Assembly (NCBI GenBank): GCA_965645245.1
Contig: OZ287084.1
Span: forward strand, 1,178,001-1,242,000
Source of the DNA: Massalongia carnosa
Taxonomy: Eukaryota
Reading direction: 5' to 3'
Length of the DNA stretch: 64,000 nucleotides
Below, piece by piece: positions 21,599 to 35,619 of this stretch. The notes beneath the pieces were generated by a model. It was given only the letters and a program-made list of their open reading frames with translations. It had not been told where the DNA came from and made no database searches. Position 1 is the first letter of the stretch. Each line of letters opens with the position of its first letter. Position numbers and translations under genes: made by a program.

Positions 21599-24214
21599 AT
21601 GGACTCCTCGAGAAGGACCTTACGGCAACCGAACATCGGCGACTATCAAATACTCGAAACTAGCCATCGTCAAGGTGCCCACACCAGCAGGGTAGTCCAC
21701 ACATTAACGTAAGTCGAGGGGTACTCATGAGCAGGTAGCTTTAGATGTAGTAAACACGCTAACAACGAATATAGAGCTTGCGTTCGTTGTAGAAAGGTAA
21801 GCGCATACGCGCACCCCAATGTTCCTTTGACAGCAACGTTTCGTCTGGATTAAATGGTTCATACTGCTCATAAACGCTTAGCGGAAAACTAGGTGTGATG
21901 CTGGTCTGCCACGCTGCGGCCCGTGTGATCGTATCAAGGAAACATGTGAATACTTTGATGCTACCAAAGGCAAGCCAGTCAATAGAAAATATGTGATACA
22001 TTTGCAGAACAGAGTGCAGGAATTAGAAGAGGAGCTTGCCGGGATTCAAACAAATGGCTATTTTCCTACAAATACCGAGACTATGGTCCGCAGCGCGGGC
22101 TTGGTGAAATTCCAAGAAAACGATGAATCAAGGTACCTGGGTCCTTCGAGCGGCATCGCTATAACGCGCTTGGTCATGGAATTGGCAAAGCGGAACACGA
22201 ACAGTGAGAGCATCAAAAGCATAGTTCCAGACGTGAAAGCCCGACAGATCAAAGAACGCTTCACTGACGAGAGCTCCAAGCCGACATCCAAAGTGTACCC
22301 TCTCATCAGTGACGTGGCGGCCCCAGACTTGCCAAGTCGAGAGCTGACGGAAATGTTAATTGATAACTTCAATCAGAAAGGTATTGGGCTAGTTCCACTG
22401 ACCTAAGCCCTCACGGCTAATTGCATCTAGCTCAGTATATGTTGCCGACCCTTCACGAGCCTTCGTTTCGAGAAGCTGTCGAGGATGTTTATTGCAAATC
22501 TACCGATGCTTATAAAAATTTTACGCTTCGGATGGTTATAGCGATTAGTATGCAGAAGCTTGACGCTCAATACGCGGGCTTGGCGGATAGTTATTATCTC
22601 GCGGCTTTGCCATACCTCGAAAGCGCGATAAAACCCATGAATTTGGGTACCCTTCAATGCTTTGCTCTTATGGCCCAGTATTCTCTTGTCACGCCCACCC
22701 GAACGGCGTCATATTGGGTTGTCGGCCTTGCAACTAGGCTTTGCCAAGAGCTGGGGATTACTGAAGAGGCCAGTATCGCGCCTGTGGATAGGAAGCCGCA
22801 GTTCAATGCCCTCGAGATTGACATGCGCCGACGCTTGTTCTGGATCATCACCTCCATGGAATTTGGTCTTGCTCATAGTCTTGGTAGGCCAAGTAGTCTG
22901 GGTGCAAGTTCAGATCATATCAATGTTAGATTCTTCGAAGCAGTAGATGATCGCTATATCACTCCATCGGGCGTTCTGCTCGGAAGTCCCATGTCGAACA
23001 AGAAGCTAATAGCTATTCACTTTTTTAAAATGAGATTATTACAGGGAGAAATTCGATGGAAGCTTTATCTAAAGAGGAGGCTGGAACCTAGAGATGACAA
23101 CGATACTTGGTTCCAATCGATGGCTGCAAAGCTCAACGACTGGCGATCGGCTATCCCCAAAAATGATGAGGGGTCCGGATTAAGTGAAGTTTGGTTTGAA
23201 GTCCGATTGAACACAATTCTTGTGTTTCTTTACAGGCCGTCACCGCAGATTCCGAAGCCCTCCGTTAGAGCTGCGAGGATTTGCTTCAAGGCATCTGCGT
23301 CCAACATTAAGCTGCAAAGAGACCAACTAGCCACAAGGTCTACTGACCTGACTTGGATATTTACACAATCATTGTTCATGGCGCTCAACACTATCCTTTG
23401 GACTCTTTCCTATCCTGAAATCCGAGAAGAACACTCGCTAAATGAGGTGAGCATGTACCTTTCCATGGCCCGGGATGGTATCTGGTTAGCTTCTGAACGG
23501 TGGCCTGGGGTTGAATCAGCGCTTGAACTTTACGAATATTTAATAGATGCATGCCTCAAAGTATACGCAGGGCATAAGAGACCTTCTTACGTACTTAACG
23601 TACCATCCAATACCACTTCTCCTACGCCTTCACAAGAAATCACCTCACCGCCACCAATATCAAGTCCGTCTACGATCGTTAGCTCAATATCTTCGTCCCG
23701 CAATGGGTACAACCAAAATCACTCATCGCCTCCCAACTACGGCACCAGTCATGAGACACATCACGATAACCGATTGTCGACCTCGCCTGCTCTGTCGGCA
23801 CAAGCTGATTGCCATTCCCACAGATCTCTGTCATTTACAGACCTTTTAGCGCCGCCACCTAATTCACATTTGGCTGCTGGATATAAAGATCACAAGTTTG
23901 ACCCAGCATCTTGCTACAATCAGTTTCCCTCCTCGTCGCACGGTATGCAAGATTGGTCCGCACTAGATCCTAGCGCATCAGGAGCAGCTTATCCGTTGTC
24001 GCTTCACGATAATGAATACTACCTTGGATCGATTGGGGACCAATACTCCAGATATCTGCACGCTCCCTATGTTTCTCAACAGCCAGTTCAAAGCCTAAGT
24101 CAAGACCAACAAACCGAGCTCATGAGAACTCTTGAGTCGAATGGCTTATACAGCAATAAGTCGCTTCTAGACCAATCCGCCACCTTCTTCAGTAGCCATA
24201 TTTTCGAACAATAA
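21599..24214 (+). CDS. Zn(II)2Cys6 transcription factor (Ppr1/UaY-like), multi-exon
   Basis: Splicing small exons yields HTLTACVRCRKRKTRCDAGLPRCGPCDRIKETC. Further motifs YLGPSSG, RRRLFW and SLGRP. Confidence 0.88.
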
Positions 24215-25065
24215 AACGACTTTGGGCTAGAGCGGCTCTATGCATTTAAACTCAAATGTCAACGGGAGGATGGATTGTTTTTCTTGTAGAATCGAAGATC
24301 CTGCCATCGATCTGTCTAACTCTAGCAGTAAGACGCCTCAACGTACAAAACTGGTGTACCAAAAGGGCTCACATTTCTCAGGGACCGAACTACAGGTGTG
24401 GATGGGAGCATCACGGCTCGGTAGATCGTTGGTTTCTCGTTTGGTGCAACTTTCAAAAAGGGGGCAGGAATGGGGGGTTTAACGAGTGTACGCACTTAGG
24501 GGCGTTAACTTCTGAAATTTGGAGTAAAAAGTTCTGTGCGGAGTCAAAGCTTTTTATCTATACTGCTCTAGCATCTTCTTTTTCGGATATCTAGGAAAAT
24601 AGGGGTTTGGTCAAAGAATGCCAAAACGCACTTCGATCTCTAGAAATCCTTCATATTTTGTTCTGATTACAGAAACGAGACAATGTTTGTTCGGATAAGT
24701 TCAACGGTTGCATTGACGAAGATAAATCGTACCCTGCGAGGTAGACCTCAATTCTTGTACATAACGCAGCTCAGACTTGCCTTTAACCACATCATCGTTG
24801 TACTTTGATCATCCTGACAAAACGCCAACCCCCCCCCCCCACTTGGCTTTATGTATCCTGACCCGGCTATTTCCACCGAAAAGGTTTCAAAAACACGAGA
24901 TCAGCATCTCCAAGAAAAGAAGGGGGAAGGAGGTGGGCAGCAGTTGAAGAATCAGCTCAACTCAGCAGTATCTGAAGGATCGCATAGATCCATCATCATT
25001 GCCGCTCATCCCCGCTTCGTGCGGTGTACGCCGAAATGGGCCCTCTGGCGATTGCAGCCCGTTGG

Positions 25066-26940
25066 TCAGGAATTCTGCGATACCGCTTGGGTGCCTTTGG
25101 TTTTTCCGGCCTCCATCTTGGCCGTCCTGGCTCCGAACTGTATCGCCCTTTTTTTCTCCTGGGCTGCGCGCTCCATACCCAACTTCCACGCCAGCAATCT
25201 CAGGAGCTTCTTTCCTGGCTCCAGATTTAAACTCGGGCAGTAGAACCCCTCAGCTTCCACACGCTTGGTTTCTCCAAAGCCACATTTCTGCCATACTGGT
25301 AGTTGCAGCGCCCAAGTGACAAAATCCTCATCAAGAAAGGGGTAGCGTACTTCCTTGCCCCAATTGGATATTATTCGGTCATCACGTCCCAGATTACGTT
25401 TTCCCAGCCGATTGAAGTCGAGTTCGAGCTCAGCCACAAGTCCCTGGAACCCGCGACGGGTGAAAGCAGCGGCGTGGCGGGTGTAACCCGCAAACAGTTC
25501 ATCTGCTCCTAGGCCACTGATCAATACACGAGCAGGGGTAGTATAAGGAACAAGGGCACCAGTAGCATGGTGCCGGGCACTGCCACTTCCGCGGGCTGCA
25601 AAATAGAGAGCAGTCGCTATGGATAAGTCCATTTCTGTGTTATGGGGGTGCATCAGCGCAATTATCTGCGACCGATGCGCCATGGTCTCCGAGTATGGTA
25701 TGTCTATGGAAACGAAGCGCCACACGCGTCCAGGGCATACTCGAAGGAGTTCGGCGTGTGAAGACAGACCTGTCATACGATCAGGACAATTTGAATAAGC
25801 AACAGGAAAATAAGATTGTTGTGAAGAAACCAGTTTTGAAGCCCTGACCACCCTTGGATTCTCAAATGATACGTTCAGAAGATCTATATTGTGCTCTAGT
25901 GGAATCAAATCGTGCATGAGACGTGCTAGAAGCGTGCAATCAAGACCTCCTGAGAATAGAATAGCAATCTGGTGTGGACCGGTCATTGCTGGGGATGGAG
26001 GAGACACATTTTGGACTCGGAGATTTAAGGAGGCTCGTAGCTCTTGGGCAAGTGCGTCGACTGTTAGTGAATCAAGATTGAGAATAGACGAAGAGAGTTC
26101 TGAGACATCTTTGTTCAATGATGGGAATGGATTTCTCTATCAAAGTTAACGTGAGAATAGAGCAAAATCGTCGGGGGGGGGTTGCACCGAGGAATGTATT
26201 TCTTTGAGCGAGAGTGGTATAGCTGGAAAGTATATTTTATCTGAAAGGCTAAAGACTTCTTCTCTCTTAACATCGCCCTTGATCAGTTTCCAACGGTCAA
26301 CAGTTTTGCTACTGAGATCAAGCCTATACATGTAGCCAGCATCCACTTCGTACCAGTCGTCAGGGTTTGTAGAATTACAGACACTTGACAAGGAGAAACT
26401 TCTATCTGGTCCAATCTTCTGTAGTAAAGAACGCCGCCCTAGCGCGTCTCGGCCATAGAATATATGCTGGTGTTTGGGATCGTAGAAAAGAAAAGCACCA
26501 GGTCCAGAAATACGGCTCATGCTATCAAAGACTGCTTGGGGGAAATCCTTGTCCGAGAATTTGTCGGTGATTGTGCTTGCAGAACGAGGCTTTAACAGCG
26601 TTAGCAGCAAATCAAATATCACCGTACCATCATTGCTTTGAATTGGAGTATTATCAATCTTCCACGCTTCTCCGTTCCAGCAAAAGATGGAGCCTGATTG
26701 TACATCCTCGAGTGGCTGCTCAACAACCCCTTGCCCTCTGAGTGATAAAACACTCGCAGCAAACGTCAAATATGAAACATCCGAGTTTTTTCCAATAGCA
26801 CTTTCCGAGGAGTTTAAGTTCACTTGACGATGGATAGTCTTGAAGCTATCCGGACCCCGGCGTTTGATGAACTCACAAGTTCCGGCACAAGAATGTGTGT
26901 GTTGTTCTTGTTGGCAGCAAGTAAAGAATATACCGCACAT
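25066..26940 (-). CDS. Asparagine synthetase domain-containing protein (ASNSD1/YML096W-like)
   Basis: MCGIF Ntn N-terminus, WNGE, GRDALGRRSLL, LFSGGLDC, SGLGADELFAGY and KRAIQFGARTAK. Confidence 0.92.
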
Positions 26941-27398
26941 CACGAACCAACTAATATCTGAACCTCTAAAAAGTTGCATATAGAGAAAAGGGAAAAAATT
27001 ACGGAGTAGAGAGCAGCATTTCCCGAGTAGCAAATCGGTTCGTCTGTTGAATATCCATCAAAACCCCAATCAGCAGGTTTTACCATAACGATACAAATAC
27101 CAGAAAACGCTACCGAAAGCAGCTAGTAAAAACGTAAGTTATATTACATACCGCTGATGGGCCCTTTATGTAGGTTTCACGGAGTACTCCGTAAGTTTTT
27201 ATGCTTCCTTGCCCACGCAAAACGATTTATCGTAACAGGAAACTCTTTCCACAATTACACTTTGTACGGTGTCCAGAAATGTACAGATAAGCTCACAAAT
27301 CCAGGCCTTAGGTTCCTGTGCAGAGTACAAAGTACACTCGGACAATCTTTGATCTGTCTTTTGTGAGTTGAAGGCAGCACGGTCAATGCCGGCCACAT

Positions 27399-30059
27399 AT
27401 GTCTTCCCCAGAAAGTTCAGGCAAATTTGATGAAGACTTAGCTTCTCAACGAGATAGCCTTCAGGGAGCATTCAACTCAAGTAATGGTTTGGAGTCGGTG
27501 GTGTCCGCCTCAGAAGTGACTACAACCGGTAATGGAGCTTCCTATAACAGTGTAAAACATGAATTCCACACAGGTCACGGCAGAGAGAGCGCTGGCAATG
27601 GATCTATGGAAGTCCATTTATCGAAAGAGTCTACACCGCTATCTGAAACCTTGACGGTTGCCCCCATTACAGGTGCCCCTGGTATCTTAACGTCTACAGG
27701 ACGTGAAGATGGACGAAGAAGCCTCTCTGTGCGGGCGTCAAAAAAGGAACTTTATTTGGATCCAACCCCCAAGACGCCGGGGACCTCTTTTCCGCCTTCT
27801 CGAACCCCATCCAGTGCAGGTAATTCACCGCCCCATGAATTGACCGTGGATAGATCTGTGGGCTCCCAAGCAAAACATGCGCATGCCTCAAGGGATGCCG
27901 ATCGTAAGGAAACAAGAGCAGAAAATCTTGCGGGCGATACTGCTAGGGGCTCAAAGTCTGAAATACAAAGCATCATGGACCAGTTTGACAATGACTCAAA
28001 TGCTCAGAGCAAAGATATAAATATTTCTGGGCACTTGCTTGAAAGTTCCATGCAGCATCCCCCACGGACATCAAGTTTGGAGCCTATCAAGTCCTCTAGC
28101 GGGTTTTCTTCCTGCAACTCCCCCCCTACTGTATCATCATATACCGCCGATCTGGCTGAGCTTCAAGAGACTCAGGATATCAAATCTACACCTTTAGATT
28201 CCCCAAAGAATACAAGCTTGTCACAGCCCGCTCGTTTTGATAAACTTACCCCAAATACTCCGGCGTCACCGAGTTCATCAAGTTCCCTAGGTAAACCTCT
28301 CCCGCCAAAACCCGACCCAGAACCTGATCTCCCATTTGACTTTCATCGCTTTCTTGAGCAGCTCCGTCATCGAACAGCGGATCCGGTTGCCAAATTTTTG
28401 CGTTCGTTCCTTGTTGAATTTAGCAAAAAACAATGGATGGTCCATGAGCAAGAAAAGCTGATCAGTGACTTTCTTTCGTTCATTACCAATAAAATGGCTC
28501 AATGCGATGTCTGGCGGGGAGTTAGCGATGCTGAATTTGACAATGCCAAAGAAGGCATGGAGAAACTGGTAATGAATAGACTGTACTCGCAGACTTTCTC
28601 ACCCGCGATTCCATTACCAGTGTTCGTTCCGGGAAGCAAAGGTACACGAAAAAACCTTGAGAAGCCTGGCAGAAGAGGCCAACACCAAGAGGATATTGAA
28701 CGCGATGAGATTTTGGGTCAGAAAGTGCGTATTTATGGCTGGGTCGAAGAGGAGCACCTTGATATCACGCCTGTGGGTGACAGTGGAAGGCGGTTTTTAG
28801 CGTTGGCTCAACAAGGTCTGCGGATTTCCAACATAGCGAAGTTATGTGCTAAACTGTGGAACTAGAGCTACTGAAGATCAAGACTTACCGAGCTCCTCGA
28901 GATAAAGTTATTTGCGTTTTAAATTGCTGTAAAGTCATATTTGGTATGTTAGCTTGCATGGACATTGCACATCGCTGACAGGCAAGGGCTCTTACGTAAC
29001 TCGAAGGCTGCAGATACTTCCGCCGACTCATTTGTGCCTTTACTCATATACGTCGTGTTGCACGCTAATCCAGAACACCTAGTCTCAAATGTTCAATATA
29101 TTCTACGTTTTAGGAATCAAGAAAAGCTTGGGGGAGAGGCGGGGTATTACTTGTCGTCTTTGGTCGATTATCCCAGATAACTCTATTTGACGGGTAACTG
29201 ATACATGTATAGATGGGCGCGATACAGTTCATCGAGAATCTTGATCGGACGTCATTGACGATATCTGATGCAGATTTCGAAAGAAACGTTGAAGCAGCGG
29301 TTTTTGCCATTGCCGAGCGACACAAGGAAGAGACGCCACTGCCGCCGCAGCATCCGGTCTCGGAAAAGCCAGGACATAGCGAACCAGAGATAGTGCCTGC
29401 CAATTCTATAGAATCAGAATATACTGACCACGCTCCGGCCCCATCAAGTCGTAGTGGTCTTCATATAAGAGATGGGTCAGATGAGAGCACGGCTGCGAAT
29501 GGTCTTTTACGTACTATACAAAAAACACTATCAAGCATAGGTCGGATATTCTCTGAAGAGGCGTCACAAGCCCAGCCTGCCAATACCAGAAATCTACCAG
29601 TAGTACCACCCCCCCTTTCCCCCCCTCCACGACTCTCACCAGCAGTCTTTCAACCTCCCAGGAGTAGCGACGACATTGGAGCGTCCATTGAGGGCTCCCG
29701 AGGAAACGAGAAACTTAAACACAGCCAAGTAAACAGGCTTACCGTAGAAGAGTCGGCGGCACGCCAAGCAAGCGCTGAAGCAGCAGAAGCTCTGCGAATA
29801 CAAAGAGTTGAGCATGATGATGTGGTCGAGTCAGTCTCCCTTCAAGCTTAAATAGGCTGCGGGCTCATAACTACATTATAGAACTCTTGCTAGTATTTTT
29901 CCTGACTTGGACAAAGACATTATTGACGATGTCGTACGCATGAAACAAGGCAGGTAGGTTATTCGGGGACTAGATTCTTCGCTCCTTCGAGTTTGCTAAC
30001 ATATCTACTCCTATAGGGTCGGATCCGCAGTAGATGCTTGTCTTGCGCTAAGTTTATAA
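27399..30059 (+). CDS. VPS9: Rab5 GEF Vps9 with C-terminal CUE domain
   Basis: FDFHRFLEQLR, EGMEKLVMNRLY, APRDKVICVLNCCK, SADSFVPLLIY, GEAGYYLSSL and a CUE-like FPDLDKD...AVDACLAL. Confidence 0.93.
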
Positions 30060-30752
30060 ATTCAAGTCACGACACATTTATTCTAAGCTGCCTGACCGCT
30101 GACCACTCTTTTCCCCCAAAAATGGATTTTCAGCGAGCCTTGTCCAGTTATAAAGTCTTTGCTTTTTTCTTCTCAAGCGTTGATGGAGGGAACAAGCACC
30201 TACAAGCTAAATCTTACGCTTGCAGGTTTTCGTTGGGTTAGGAGCAAGCTCCTGGAGCTGCTATCATTTCTTCCGGCAAGGAGCTTAAAGAGTTGGACTA
30301 TTTGATAGGCATTTCATGCGTTCATAGAGAATCTAGGTCCTCGTTTCCTAGTGAAAACAATTAGCAATCGAGAATGCCGACATCGTCGACATTAATTAGC
30401 CCACGAAGTTGGAAGTTTCAACCAAGCTTACTTAGAGATAGAACAAGGCCGCCCACATGAGTTTAGCTTCGAGCATCTCCTTCACTAGTTGATTTGCTGA
30501 CGACAGATGTTGATGAGCTGGGCACTTGTCTTGGCACTTGTCTGGGAGGTATTTAGGCTTGGTGTGAGATACATTGCCGAGGAGAATTGTGACCCACGTG
30601 ATCGCTTCACGCCGAATCATTTGTCATTCTTTAAATTCATCCTCATAACATCCTAATCAGCCCTTGGGTCTAATGACACATTTCTGCAAGAAATAAAAGA
30701 AGAAAGCTAGATTTGTTTAAGCTGCTCTGTTCGTACGTGATTGACTATCACC

Positions 30753-33307
30753 ATGACAGAAGCATCGTTGCAGCAGTACTACGCGGATGCGCCGCCAACT
30801 ATTGTACAACTAGAAATCAAGCCACACTGGGATGCCTTGACAGACGAACAGAAACTTTACGCTCATTATATCTCGCGGTATGTAGTTACCGAAGCTATTT
30901 CTATATTTCTTTCTATCAAAGTATCAGCTATGTCTCTGATTTGAGGTTCATCCCGCATCATTCTAGATCCATTCCAGTCAGTTCGATGATAGACTGTGTT
31001 TGAGCATTGCTTCGTTGTTGCTTTGGGCATGTGTTCGTGTTAGGAGTCAGGATTGCTATCTAGTTATTATTAATAACGACTTTCATTGATAGTCTGCAAA
31101 TAGCGCGAGCTTTCAAGGAACCCGTATTATTCTCCGTCAAGTATCGCATGAATGCGAGGCCATCTACGATTTTATCTTGACGCTCTACCATCACTGCAAT
31201 GGCAACTGGGGCAAGCTTCAAATAGAATCTGGCACCAGCGATGACGATCTCAGCCATTTTCTAAATTACGCTGCTCAGTTTTTAGGCAACGTTGGAAACT
31301 ATAACGGTTTTGGCGACTCCAAATTTATCCCAAGATGCCGGCCAGAAGTACTGGACGCTCTCGCTCGAGGCAGTACAGGGGCGAAGAAACTACTAGGAGA
31401 GACGCAAGCCGGAGGCGGCGGTATTTATGCAGATCCTAGGAAAGAAGCACTACTCCATCTTGGATTTCCTGACCAGGGCCACCTATCAGCTTATTACCCA
31501 GATTCAGCAGACATCACAAAAGCAGAGATCGAGCTCATCGATAACTTTCTTGCCGAAAAAAATCTATTGCTAGAAAACACAAGAATTCGGAAGTTGGAGG
31601 ATGGCAATTTCGAACTTTTGGTGGCATCTGCACTTGTGAGCCCACCTCAGGAAGAAATCGATTCTGGTCCGGAGACCTCGTGGATACTCCCAGGTGTGTT
31701 GCATGGCAAGAGACTAGATCTTAAATTTGGCGATTATACCGAAGAGATGGCCAAAGTTGCAATCAACATGAAGAGGGCTGGGTTGCATGCAGCCAACAAT
31801 ACACAGAAAATGATGATTGACGAATACGTCAAATCGTTTAGTGTTGGTTCTTTGAATGCATTCAAGGAGAGTCAAAAGCATTGGGTAAAGGATCTTGGGC
31901 CTGCGGTGGAAGTGAACATTGGATTTATTGAATCTTATCGCGATCCTGCTGGGGTTCGCGCTGAGTGGGAAGGCATGGGTAAGCCACCCAACTACCGAGG
32001 AGAACAACGGTGGACTAATTAGCTTAAGTTGCTATGATCAACCAGGAGCGTACCAAAGCATTGTAAGCGGCTTCTTGCCCTCGGTTGTTTTTTTTTTTAT
32101 ACAACGGTCGTTACAAGCGGCTTCTGACGTCGAACCAGTCAGAAACTCGTAGACGCGGCTCCACAATTCATCCCCAAGTTACCATGGCCTCATGCCTTTG
32201 AAAAAGACAAATTCGCAGCCCCGGACTTTACGTCCTTAGAAGTACTGACCTTCTCTGGCTCAGGGTAAGTCGGATTTAACTGATTTAATTAACATCTATG
32301 TAGATGTTTGGATTGAGAAACAAACTGTTAACCTATGTAAAAGCATCCCCGCTGGTATCAATATCCCCAATTACGATGATGTACGCCAAGAAGTCGGATT
32401 CAAAAATGTTTCACTTGGAAATGTACTAAGTGCTAAAGCGCCAAATGAGAAAAGTCCGTTTATCCGACCAGAAGATTTATTGATTTATCAAGGCTATCGA
32501 GACCAGGCTTTTGAGGTGCAAGTTGGTATTCATGAACTCCTCGGCCATGGTACCGGGAAGTTGCTTCAAGAGACTTCACTCGACAAGTATAATTTCGACA
32601 TTGACAACCCCCCCGTGAGCCCTGTGACGAAAAAACCGTGTACAACTTGGTACAAACTATCTCAAACATGGAATAGCGTGTTCGGCTCGATAGCTTCGTC
32701 GTATGAGGAGTGTAGAGCCGAATGCGTGGCCATGGCCTTATGCTGCGATTTTGAAATCCTGAAAATCTTTGGCTTTGGGGACGGTACGGTCGACTTGGAT
32801 GGTAAAGCCGGTGACATCTTGTATACGTCTTATCTATCAATGGCCCGAGCTGGCGTCCTCGCTCTCGAGTTTTGGGACCCAAAGAGCAAAAAATGGGGCC
32901 AGGCTCATATGCAAGCACGGTTCAGCATTTTACAGACTTTCCTGGGAGTAGGGGAAGACTTTGTAAAGCTGGAGTACAATAAAGACGATCTTTCTCATAT
33001 GGCCATCAAGCTGGATAAGTATAAGATATTGAGCCATGGGCGACCAGCCGTGGAGCGTTACCTACAAAAGCTACATGTGTATAAATGTACGGCGGATTTG
33101 GAAGAAGGGAAGAAACTATATGAAAAGCTGACGCATGTCGATGAATTTTGGGGCACCACGGTGCGAGATCAAGTTCTGCGGAACAAGCAACCCCGCAAGG
33201 TGTTTGTGCAAGCAAATACGTTTGAGAAAGAGGGTAAGGTCATACTGAAGGAGTATGAAGCTACGCCTCAAGGCATAATTCAGAGTTATGCGGAGAGAAA
33301 TGTATGA
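30753..33307 (+). CDS. DPP3: Dipeptidyl peptidase III (M49)
   Basis: [22 protein letters not shown] and [12 protein letters not shown]; several canonical introns. Confidence 0.95.
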
Positions 33308-34666
33308 TGCTTGGCAACATACCGGCTCAAGGGGGAGGAGTCTTCAGCACCGTAATAGCTACAGTTGCTAGGCATACCTGGTCAAAAGCTCATTACTCAC
33401 AATATAAATGGCAATGTCGTGAACAGAGCAGGACTTACTGAACAAAAGTAATTTTGTGAGGCTAGAAGAAAGCAACTACTGTACTCTGTATCCAATTAAA
33501 AGTGAATGCGGAAGATGAATTAACCGAAGCGTGAGGATGATAACTACCTGTGATAGGTAAGCACCTAAGTATCCTGCCAATCACGCAGTGTGTATAGAGT
33601 GAGGACTTTTTACGCCTTTGTAGAGCCAGCGATGACCATGTCTGATGTTCAGTCTGCAGGACTGAGTGCCAGCTACGCGGCACGGATAGACTCTATACTC
33701 TATAGTGCGTTAGTCCATGTAGGATCCCTACTAATTATCAACATAACCCCCCCCCTTTACTGCTCGTACACTTTCCCCTTCTCGAGGAGCTCGGAGCTAC
33801 TGTAAGACCACGATCAATCAGAACTTCAGGAATCGTTTTCGCATTACATAAGAACCAAAGTTTGGTTTGCAGAAATGGTTGTTAAACGCTCAAAAATCGC
33901 CCTGTTCCTCTAGTTCCTTTTCCCGTACTTATGTATTCCCTCCGTCTCTTTCATTTCGTCCACCTATTCCCCCCTTTGCACCACCAGTTTACTTTCGTTC
34001 CGCTGAAAGTCTTCATATTTGAATTTACATAGGAAGAATTGATGACAAGGTAACGGATTTGAAAGTTTTACTATATAAGTTCTGATTTTACTCTAACTGA
34101 GGTTCTGTTTGATCAAGGTCTTGACTAGAGGCTTCTCGAGGGGAAAGAATGTACATCCTTTACAAAGAAGGGGGTGTACGAATAATGGAATCCCTAACCA
34201 TAAGATGTAGTGAAGTGAAAAGGAAGAACGAAGTTTTATCTTCGCTGGTTGTTTACATCTTGTTTTCTTTTCTTTTCTTCTTGTTGTGCCTATTAGGAAT
34301 TGCTGATGATAATAACACATCCAATTTATATTACATCTAATGCATTAGCCCTGACATTTTATTTCGCTCATGTAGTGCGTCCTACCACATTTATCTATAA
34401 TTAAACGACTTGTCAGCGTATATATATCTTATAATCATCTCATCTTGACCGTTTATATATATTGCTATGTTCGTTTTAGTTATAATTTTCAAGAAACCCT
34501 CAGTCATCCTTGACGTTATGAAAGCCTCTAATCACGGTACTTAAACTGCTCTCGTAGTTGCCACCGGATACAAAACGCCATGTGAGAACGGAGTATATTT
34601 CCGGGAAGACTGAGAGTTTAAATAAGAGTGGTAGGGGAGTCGAGGAAAGGTTACAAATGGTTTCAA

Positions 34667-34764
34667 AAACAATGATGAGGTTCGCTGGGGATGCTAAAAA
34701 TGTGTACAGAGAACCAGCGAGCCATGTTGGACTCTCGCAGGGCCGGAAGTCCACGCTGAGCTGT
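34667..34764 (+). ncRNA. Candidate intronic box C/D snoRNA
   Basis: Box C ATGATGA at 34672-34678 and box D CTGA at 34756-34759, with two internal stems. It lies ~50 nt upstream of a GCTAAT branch site and a TAG acceptor at 34825. Confidence 0.4.
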
Positions 34765-35619
34765 AGGATAAATTCGAGGCATAACGTGTTTTGAAGGTTT
34801 TTGGTTTTGCTAATTCATGTTTTAGGTCTGGAGGAGACGATCAGCTCTGGAGTTTTTTTGGTTGCACAATGAAGCGATAGAGGTGAGGTATTCTAGCATC
34901 CAATGAAAATAATAAATATTTTGCTGACTGCCGCGTAGGTGCATCTGCGTTGCGCCTATGGAGCTTGAGTCGTCCTTGCCTGTACTTCAGCCTACGGCGG
35001 ATAATACAACGGCTTCCTAGTATTCTTTATCCTGGAAGGCATCGCTAGACAGCATGAACCTTATCTCAGGGGGGATGGAAAGGGGAATTACGGATGTGTG
35101 GGGTTGGCGAATCTACTTACCGAGACAAATTTGGGCGACGATGTGGTGGATGATGTTCGAGAGGAAGTGGAGTAGAAGAGAGATGGAGAAGGGGTGAAAG
35201 GGAGGACTTGGGCGGCTGTTAGAAGCGCCAAGACAAAAATCTACCACATTCGTGAGATAATATCGATTTGGCGGTTGAATAATTCGTATCCTGAATTAAG
35301 GTTCACTCTTGGTTTTGCCATTCCGGCCAGGCGATAACATCTTCTTGCCTGTCAAGTAAGCAATTTCTGAATGCGGCACATGCTTGTCGCTCGGGAAGGC
35401 CCGGGAGTTGGTGAAGTGGCAGTTGAGGAAGCTGAATACATAAGAATGGGGCCATTAGAACATATCGTTCAGTCGCTGATTTTCTCCATAAAATCACCCA
35501 TAGAACCGAGCCGTTTAGCCTCTTCTCACAAGACCCCCACCCCCACCCCCACCTCCACCCCCATTTCATCACCATACCCTCAAAACCCCCCCTGCCTCTC
35601 CCTACATCCCTAACCCCAG

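Noticed and set aside
33977..33986. TGCACCACCA complementary to 18S rRNA as a snoRNA guide
   Set aside because: No D or D' box at the required distance, and a 10-nt match can be chance.
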